DNA from: an uncultured bacterium
GTDB taxonomy: Bacteria > Actinomycetota > Acidimicrobiia > Spongiisociales > UBA5794
Length of the DNA: 64,000 bases
Assembly: GCA_963801165.1 (NCBI GenBank)
Contig: CAWDDT010000013.1
Location: forward strand, 160,001 to 224,000
Direction of reading: 5' to 3'
The notes under the pieces are model-generated. The model saw nothing but the letters and a program-made list of their open reading frames with translations. It was not told the origin of the DNA and ran no database searches. How positions within the stretch are numbered: the first letter of the stretch is position 1; every line of letters begins with the position of its first letter. The position numbers and the translations under genes are program-made. Below are positions 58,031 to 64,000 of the stretch, piece after piece.

Positions 58031-58822
58031 TCAGGTGATCTCCAACTTGCGGAGACGGAACACCATATGGGCGAACAGCGTCGCCCCGAATGCTACGAAT
58101 AGGGCAACTGTGCTCACGAGCAGGTTCGTAGGCGCCGCCCACACACCCCACGCGATCTCGGTGACGGCGAATGCCAGGGTGCCTGCGATGACCAGGCCAC
58201 CACCGCAAACGACGAACGTCCGGCGGCGTGGCAGCAACGTCGCCAGGAAAAGGGCCGCACACCCAATGCCGACCGTCGCGATGCTCATCTTCATTATGTT
58301 GTCGAGTGCCGGCGCCATCAGGTCGGGCTGTGATACCCAGTCCGCGGCTGTTGGAAAGGTCATCACCGAGCCTGCGGTGCCGATGCCGACCAGCAGAAAT
58401 GAAATGCGTAACTCGGCGGAGTCGATCCGTCGGGGACGCTGGATCAGATGCAACGCCGCCATCCCGAGCCCGACTGCAATCACGATGAGCACCAAGCGAT
58501 GCTCGAGTGGGAACGCGGTGGTGGCCAATCCGTCGGTAGCCACCGCAACAGCGAGCAACGCCAGCGCCGTCCCGGCTGGGAGCGAGGTGATCTCACGCTG
58601 TGCCCATCGCCACCAGATCGCCACCGGGACACCTTTGATCTGACGGGCGATGATCCGCCGCCCTGTCTGCGCCGGATCGTGCGACATCGATTCCCAATCG
58701 GCCGCCTGTTCCCTGAGCAGGCCGGCGCGAACCGAGGGCTCGATACCCCAGGTCAAGGCCCTGTCGATAGCCATCACAAACCGTCCCGTGCTGGATGGTC
58801 TCTCGATGAATCCGTGCACCAT
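58031..58822 (-). CDS. Multi-pass membrane protein (unknown)
   Basis: About 6 TM segments after an N-terminal helical domain. Confidence 0.7.
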   Translation of the reverse strand: MVHGFIERPSSTGRFVMAIDRALTWGIEPSVRAGLLREQAADWESMSHDPAQTGRRIIARQIKGVPVAIWWRWAQREITSLPAGTALALLAVAVATDGLATTAFPLEHRLVLIVIAVGLGMAALHLIQRPRRIDSAELRISFLLVGIGTAGSVMTFPTAADWVSQPDLMAPALDNIMKMSIATVGIGCAALFLATLLPRRRTFVVCGGGLVIAGTLAFAVTEIAWGVWAAPTNLLVSTVALFVAFGATLFAHMVFRLRKLEIT

Positions 58823-59010
58823 TGGCTCAGTCCCCTGCCACGCAGAGGGTGTCTTCCTTCACGCCGATCGGCGTCCTCCACTCACGACAAGGTAGCAGCG
58901 CTGGAACCGTCGGAAATTTCCGACAGCCCGCAGCCGGTCGGAGCAGAACTCCTGTAGCTTGTCGATCGTCTGCCGACGACAATGCGACGTACCGGGACGG
59001 AGCGAGACAG

Positions 59011-60102
59011 ATGCGAAAGCTGGGGAAACTGGTCGCCATAGGGGCGCTGGTCATCGCGGGCTGTGGTGGTTCCTCGCCTGCGGCGAGGAGCCTCAGGTCC
59101 CTCGCCACACCCGGCACCGGCACCGCGGCACCCCGGTCGGACACGACGATAAACACAGAAACACCTACCGCCCTGGGAACCAGGGAAGATCCGATCCCGG
59201 CGGGCAAGCCGGTCCGTATCGGAGACTGGCAAGTCGAGGTGCTCTCGGCCACGACGAACGCCACCAAGACCGTCCTCGCCGAGAACGAGTTCAACAGCAA
59301 GCCCGAAGCAGGCAACCAATTCGTCCTGATCGAGGTCGCCGCGACCTACGTCGGAACGGCGACCGATAGTTTGTTCGGCGGGGTCACGTTCTCGACGGTC
59401 GGTGCCGGTGCCGTTGGGTACTCCTTTGCTGCCGGCTGCGGCGTGATCCCTGACGAAATCAACGAGTACGCCGAGGTATTTCCCGGGGGCACTGTGCGCG
59501 GCAACATGTGTTGGCAGGTAGCCAACGACGACGCCGCCAGCCTGGTTCTGGTCGCCGAACCTTCGTTCAGTTTCGAGGACACGAAGGCGTTTCTCGAACT
59601 CCCGTCTCGCAGCATCACCTTCGAGCCACCGCCGGTCGCCGCGAACGAGCCGTCGGGTGGCGCTCCGGGCACACGAGGCAATCCATACCCGCAAGGCGAG
59701 ACCGTCCCGGTTGGTGACTGGGCTGTCACGGTGCTGGAGACAACGCCGGACGCCGCGGCGATGGTGGCCGCGGAGAATCCCTACAACGATCCACCCCTCA
59801 CCGGTCACCAATTCTTCATCGCCCGGATCTCTGCAACCTACGAGGGCGAGGATGCCGAATCGATGTTTCTCGGGCTCACCCTTGCCACCATCGGTCAGAG
59901 CGCGGTTGTCTATGGCTCGTCGGCCTACTGCGGCGTCATTCCAGACCCTGTCGACGAGTTTGCCGACGTGTATGCCGGCGGTGCCGTGCGCGGCAATATC
60001 TGCTGGCAGGTGCCGAGCGAGGACGCAGAGAGCCTGGTGCTAATGGTCGACAGTGCCTTCTCGTTCGAAGACGAGCGGATCTTCATGAGCCTGCATCGGT
60101 AG
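59011..60102 (+). CDS. Lipoprotein with two DUF4352/MPT63-like Ig-fold repeats
   Basis: Lipobox 'IAGC'; duplicated 'GTR.DP/NP...GDW.V.VL...EN.FN..P..G.QF...CGVIPD...VRGN.CWQV'. Confidence 0.85.
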   Translation: MRKLGKLVAIGALVIAGCGGSSPAARSLRSLATPGTGTAAPRSDTTINTETPTALGTREDPIPAGKPVRIGDWQVEVLSATTNATKTVLAENEFNSKPEAGNQFVLIEVAATYVGTATDSLFGGVTFSTVGAGAVGYSFAAGCGVIPDEINEYAEVFPGGTVRGNMCWQVANDDAASLVLVAEPSFSFEDTKAFLELPSRSITFEPPPVAANEPSGGAPGTRGNPYPQGETVPVGDWAVTVLETTPDAAAMVAAENPYNDPPLTGHQFFIARISATYEGEDAESMFLGLTLATIGQSAVVYGSSAYCGVIPDPVDEFADVYAGGAVRGNICWQVPSEDAESLVLMVDSAFSFEDERIFMSLHR

Positions 60103-60112
60103 CCCGGCACCC

Positions 60113-60520
60113 TCAGCATCGGTCGGCAGCGACGACGGTGCGATGTAGACAGCCACGGCGGAAGCTGAGCTCCTCACCGACCTCGAATCGTCCCGCAACC
60201 TCGAGGTGAAGACGGGCAAACGAGTCGAGAGCACTTCTCTTGCTCTCAGGCAGCGGCCAGCCCCGCCTCCGCCAGGCATCACACATCAACCGCGCGTACT
60301 CGCGGAAGTCGAGGTCGGGCCGATCGACCACTGTGAACGCGGGAGCCACCTTGTCGCTGGCGAGCCCGGTGACCGACCAGCGGCAGCCACATTCGGCACA
60401 TGGTGGGTTTGTCTGGATCCACACCATCTCGCCGTCGACCGCCCTACCGACGGGCTGCCGCTCGTCGGATCCCGTGGCAACGAAGACCTTCATCCATTCC
60501 CCTTTCGATGCGGTCTTCAC
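60113..60520 (-). CDS. Conserved actinobacterial hypothetical protein with Cys cluster
   Basis: 'MKVFVAT...VDGEMV...CAECGCRWSVTGLAS'. Confidence 0.65.
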   Translation of the reverse strand: MKTASKGEWMKVFVATGSDERQPVGRAVDGEMVWIQTNPPCAECGCRWSVTGLASDKVAPAFTVVDRPDLDFREYARLMCDAWRRRGWPLPESKRSALDSFARLHLEVAGRFEVGEELSFRRGCLHRTVVAADRC

Positions 60521-60566
60521 AGGCTATGGAAGAGGCGTGACAAGTTCTGCGGTCGATGCGGCGACG

Positions 60567-61136
60567 TCACCGGCTGTATCGCCCCATCAGCGTCGCTTCG
60601 GCCAGCACGTGACCCTCGAGCGCGTCGAGCACGGCGCCCTTTGTCGCACCCTGCGCCAGGCCCAGCTCGGTGTCGAGTGCGTAGACGGTGAAGAAGTAGC
60701 GGTGGATGCCGCTCGGCGGGCACGGTCCGCCGTAGCCGGTGCGACCCCACGAGTTGTTGCCTCCGGTGCCGAGATTCCTAGCCGACTCGGGAATGATCTC
60801 GCGGGGCTCGATGTCGAACTCGACCCAGTGATCCCACACACCTGACGGTGCGTCGGGGTCGTCGACCAGCAGCGCCAGCGACACAGTCGATGTGGGGATG
60901 TTGTCGATCTGGAGCGGTGGCGAGATGTCGCTCCCGTCACATGTGTATCGATCAGGGATGGTCGCCTCATGGGCGAATGCGGGGGATGTCAACTCCATGC
61001 CGTTCTCCTCGCTCGTCGGCGCCGCGGTGTGCTCCGGGCGGGCAACTCCACCTTGGGAGCACGCGGCCAGACACAACACGAGGATCGGGATCACGACTCT
61101 CGTTGGCATCACACCTCGCACTGCCGGGAGCCCCAT
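60567..61136 (-). CDS. YbhB/YbcL (PEBP) family lipoprotein
   Basis: 'LAAC', 'DDPDAP..VWDHW', 'GYGGPCPPSG.HRY.F'. Confidence 0.92.
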   Translation of the reverse strand: MGLPAVRGVMPTRVVIPILVLCLAACSQGGVARPEHTAAPTSEENGMELTSPAFAHEATIPDRYTCDGSDISPPLQIDNIPTSTVSLALLVDDPDAPSGVWDHWVEFDIEPREIIPESARNLGTGGNNSWGRTGYGGPCPPSGIHRYFFTVYALDTELGLAQGATKGAVLDALEGHVLAEATLMGRYSR

Positions 61137-61289
61137 CGTGGCAACTGTGGGTTCTCAACTCAAGGACAAAGGCGACGCGATTCGACAGCATCATCCGAGT
61201 GGTGACCCGTAGCCGCGGTCGTTCACACCAACCCGCGCTGGCCGAACGTCCTGCGTACCACTCCGGCAACAGATCCCGGCGCTGGATTG

Positions 61290-62111
61290 TCAGGCCAGCG
61301 CCGGGGCCAGCCGGCGCAGCGTGACCATCTTGTCGTCATTGAGGATCTGCACGGCTACCTGGTCGGCACCGGCCGTGATGTGCTCCTCGAGCCGGGTGCG
61401 GATGGTCTCCTCGTCACCCCAGGCCACCATGGCATCGACCAGCCGGTCGCTGCCACCGCCACTGATGTCGTCTTCGGTGAATCCGAGCCGCAACCAGTTG
61501 CGTGTGTAATTGGGCAGCGCCAGATACATGGCGAGCCGATCCCTGGCCAGGGTCCGGGCAGTCTCCGGATCGCGGCTCAGGATGACCTTGTGCTCGGGGA
61601 TGAGCAGCTTGCCGGCGCCGAGGATCTCGCGGGCCGTCGCCGTGTGATCCGGAGTCACGAGGTATGGATGAGCACCGGCGGTCCGGTCGGATGCGAGGCG
61701 GAGAACCCGTGGCCCGAGTGCCGCCAGGATCCTGGCCCCGGTGGGAACTCCGCCGGCGTCGAGCCCGTCGAGGTATCCGACCAGCTTGTCGTACGGTTTG
61801 TAAGGGACGCCACCGGAGGCACTATGACCCGCCCCGATGCCGAGCAGAAAACGGTCGGCGTAGATGGAAAGCCGGTGGTAGGAGCGAGCTGCCACCTCAG
61901 GCGGGTCGCTCCACACGTTGACGATTCCGGTCGCAACGGTCACGTTGCTGCTCGCTGCCAGCAGTTTCTCGGGAAGAGCCAGATCGGCCGGGGGCGACCC
62001 ACCGACCCATACCATTGGAAGACCCAGCTCGACGATCTCAGCCAATTCCTCTGGTTCCAGGCTTTCGAAGAACGCGGTTCGATCCCATAGGCCGAATTTG
62101 CCGATGTCCAT
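61290..62111 (-). CDS. LLM-class (probably F420-dependent) oxidoreductase
   Basis: 'VATGIVNVW', 'RFLLGIGAGH', 'LAALGPRVL', 'GAHPYLVTPDHT', 'AGADQVAVQ'. Confidence 0.9.
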   Translation of the reverse strand: MDIGKFGLWDRTAFFESLEPEELAEIVELGLPMVWVGGSPPADLALPEKLLAASSNVTVATGIVNVWSDPPEVAARSYHRLSIYADRFLLGIGAGHSASGGVPYKPYDKLVGYLDGLDAGGVPTGARILAALGPRVLRLASDRTAGAHPYLVTPDHTATAREILGAGKLLIPEHKVILSRDPETARTLARDRLAMYLALPNYTRNWLRLGFTEDDISGGGSDRLVDAMVAWGDEETIRTRLEEHITAGADQVAVQILNDDKMVTLRRLAPALA

Positions 62112-62137
62112 ATCAAACCTCTTCTTCTCGATCGGTC

Positions 62138-62545
62138 CTAGAACTCCCAGGCTTCCTCGTCCTCGGTAGCCTGGCGATCGCACGTCGGGCAGTACCAGCG
62201 CACGTCGAGCGGGGTCCCGCAGAGACCATGGCGGGGAACCTCGACCTCGTCGTTGTGGGCGGCGCCCCATGCGGTGAGCATGCGTATGGCTCCGGCGAGA
62301 TCCTTGCCGGCCGAAGTCAAGGTGTACTCGTAACGCAGCGGCCGCTCACTGTACGGCGTCGCCACCACGAGCCCGTCGCTCTCGAGCGCCTTGAGCCGCG
62401 ACGACAGCGTGTTGGGTGCGATTCCGGCGACGGCCCCCTCGAGGTCGCCGAAACGGCCCGCCCCGTCGAGCAGCGCTTCGATCACCAGCAACGTCCACCG
62501 GTCACCGACCTGGGACAGAGCTACGTGCAGCGGTGAATCGGGCAT
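62138..62545 (-). CDS. HxlR-family winged-helix regulator
   Basis: 'VGDRWTLLVI', 'IAPNTLSSRLKAL', 'YSERPLRYEYTLT'; C-terminal 'H..CG...CPTC'. Confidence 0.92.
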   Translation of the reverse strand: MPDSPLHVALSQVGDRWTLLVIEALLDGAGRFGDLEGAVAGIAPNTLSSRLKALESDGLVVATPYSERPLRYEYTLTSAGKDLAGAIRMLTAWGAAHNDEVEVPRHGLCGTPLDVRWYCPTCDRQATEDEEAWEF

Positions 62546-62594
62546 AAACAGCACGGTAGTTCCCCTCGTCAACATGTTCTTCGTTTGCCACTAT

Positions 62595-62611
62595 ACTTGC
62601 AACTTGCAAGT
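62595..62611. promoter_or_regulatory. Perfect palindrome, probable HxlR operator
   Basis: ACTTGCAA-C-TTGCAAGT in the AT-rich gap between the divergent hxlR-like and protease genes. Confidence 0.65.
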
Positions 62612-62627
62612 CACTATGGAGGTCAAT

Positions 62628-63515
62628 ATGTTGGCAGGTGTACAAGACACCATCAGCGGTCTCGCCACCACGGTGGGGACCGCCGTCGTCGGGGTGGGGC
62701 GCCGGCATCACGTCGGGTCGGGAATCGTCATCGCCGAGGGCACCGTCCTCACCAACGCCCACAACATCCACGCCCGTGAGGTGACGATCACCTTCACCGA
62801 TGGGCAAACCGCTATCGGCGAGGTCACCGGATTCGACCCCGACGGGGACATCGCCACCATATCGGTTGACACGGGAGATGTGGCCCCCGTTGAGTGGAGC
62901 GATCTAGAGGTCGGGCTGGGCACACCGGTGGCGGCCCTGAGCAACCCGGGCGGCCGCGGGCTACGGGTGACCGTTGGCTATGTCTCGGGAGTCGAGCGCA
63001 GCTTCCGCGGTCCGCGTGGACGGCGGATCAGCGGATCGATCGAACACACCTCTCCCCTGCTGCCCGGCTCGTCGGGTGGGCCGCTCGTTGACGCCGACGG
63101 GAAGCTCCTCGGCGTCAACACCAACCGGCTCGGCGAGGGCTTCTACCTCGCCGTCGCCGCAAACTCCGAGCTACGCAACAAGATCGACAAGCTCGCTTCG
63201 GGAGAGAGCCCGCAGCGTCGCTACATCGGCGTGTCGGTGGTGCCCAATCACGTTGCCGCCAAGATGCGCCGGGCGGTCGGTCTCGAGGATCGTCCCGGCG
63301 TGTTGGTCCGCGGCGTCGCTGATGACGGCCCTGCCGCGGCGGCCGGGGTTGCCGAGGGCGACATGATCATCAAAATCGGCGAGACGGACATAACCGACGT
63401 CGACGATCTCCACGATGCGTTGCAGACCGCTCCGGCAGGCGAGCCGTTCCCGGTGACAGTCCTGCGCGGCAACGACGCCGTCGAGATCCAAATCACGATC
63501 CCGAGCGAGCAATAG
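62628..63515 (+). CDS. S1C (HtrA-like) serine protease with PDZ domain
   Basis: Catalytic triad 'TNAH', 'DIA', 'PGSSGGP'; C-terminal PDZ; GGAGG RBS; no signal peptide. Confidence 0.92.
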   Translation: MLAGVQDTISGLATTVGTAVVGVGRRHHVGSGIVIAEGTVLTNAHNIHAREVTITFTDGQTAIGEVTGFDPDGDIATISVDTGDVAPVEWSDLEVGLGTPVAALSNPGGRGLRVTVGYVSGVERSFRGPRGRRISGSIEHTSPLLPGSSGGPLVDADGKLLGVNTNRLGEGFYLAVAANSELRNKIDKLASGESPQRRYIGVSVVPNHVAAKMRRAVGLEDRPGVLVRGVADDGPAAAAGVAEGDMIIKIGETDITDVDDLHDALQTAPAGEPFPVTVLRGNDAVEIQITIPSEQ

Positions 63516-63525
63516 CCCCGAGCGA

Positions 63526-64000
63526 TTAATGGATCGTCTGCGTGCGGGGCGGCCACCAGCTCGCCCCGTTCGCGGACGATCGGATGACACCGGCCAATCC
63601 ATCGCCCACGGACGCCGGTACCGCGTACCCGGGGCCGCCCGCGTTGACGGTGACGTCGGCCGTCCAGAGGTAGCCGTCGCTGTCGTCGATAAGCCTTACT
63701 ACGAGGTGATGCGTACCGGTCAGCCAGTCGGGAAACACGTAGCTCCATGTCCGGTAGGCGGCGTTGTCGACCACCTCGAATCCCCAGTCGTAGATATCGA
63801 GCGGAACGTCGTCGAAGGCTGCCTCGACCTGCAAGGCATCACTCCTGAAGACGTCCTTCCCATTTGCCGGCACCGACGACCAATCGTCGACATAGAACCC
63901 GGTTGCGATGTAGAACTCGCCGGAGACGCTTTCCGACATGCGACACACTTCGCCGTCCGAGTGATCGCAGCCGTAATTGGTGGCATCGCCATATACATTC
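63526..64000 (-). CDS. Hypothetical protein, C-terminal part (5' end outside window)
   Basis: Frame stays open to the window end (NVYGDATNYGCDHSDGEVCRMSES...). Confidence 0.55.
   Translation of the reverse strand, partial: NVYGDATNYGCDHSDGEVCRMSESVSGEFYIATGFYVDDWSSVPANGKDVFRSDALQVEAAFDDVPLDIYDWGFEVVDNAAYRTWSYVFPDWLTGTHHLVVRLIDDSDGYLWTADVTVNAGGPGYAVPASVGDGLAGVIRSSANGASWWPPRTQTIH

Overview
High-GC actinobacterial chromosome segment; the gene content and Cys-containing SLH repeats suggest Acidimicrobiia (inference). The left end has tRNA-Pro(TGG), tRNA-Lys(CTT) and tRNA-Leu(TAG), with an HTH/LAGLIDADG-like gene between the first two. A ~12.6 kb integrative mobilizable element (1900-14531) sits in tRNA-Leu. 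It has a tyrosine integrase, XRE regulator, excisionase, MobF relaxase, attL/attR and arm-type repeats. Its cargo is a mau-like redox operon: a Tat/DUF5666-like protein, MauE, MauD, a Tat-exported 17-Cys peptide and a MauF-like membrane protein. The MauF-like gene has an in-frame TGA at the family's conserved Cys position, followed by hairpins, making it a candidate selenoprotein that the ORF track missed. The cargo also includes a divergent LuxR regulator, a membrane-anchored beta-propeller protein and a decayed GNAT toxin. The rest is mostly housekeeping: rdgB, rph, arcA, a liv ABC transporter, a hybrid kinase, ftcd, fabH, sufE/sseA, malic enzyme, pirin, an SLH surface protein, PfpI, an LLM oxidoreductase, and HxlR/HtrA. 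Two oddities stand out there: a BON-BON-OmpA-BMP fusion and an operon of two giant uncharacterised proteins (1253 and 1502 aa). All family assignments come from motif recognition by eye; no searches were run.
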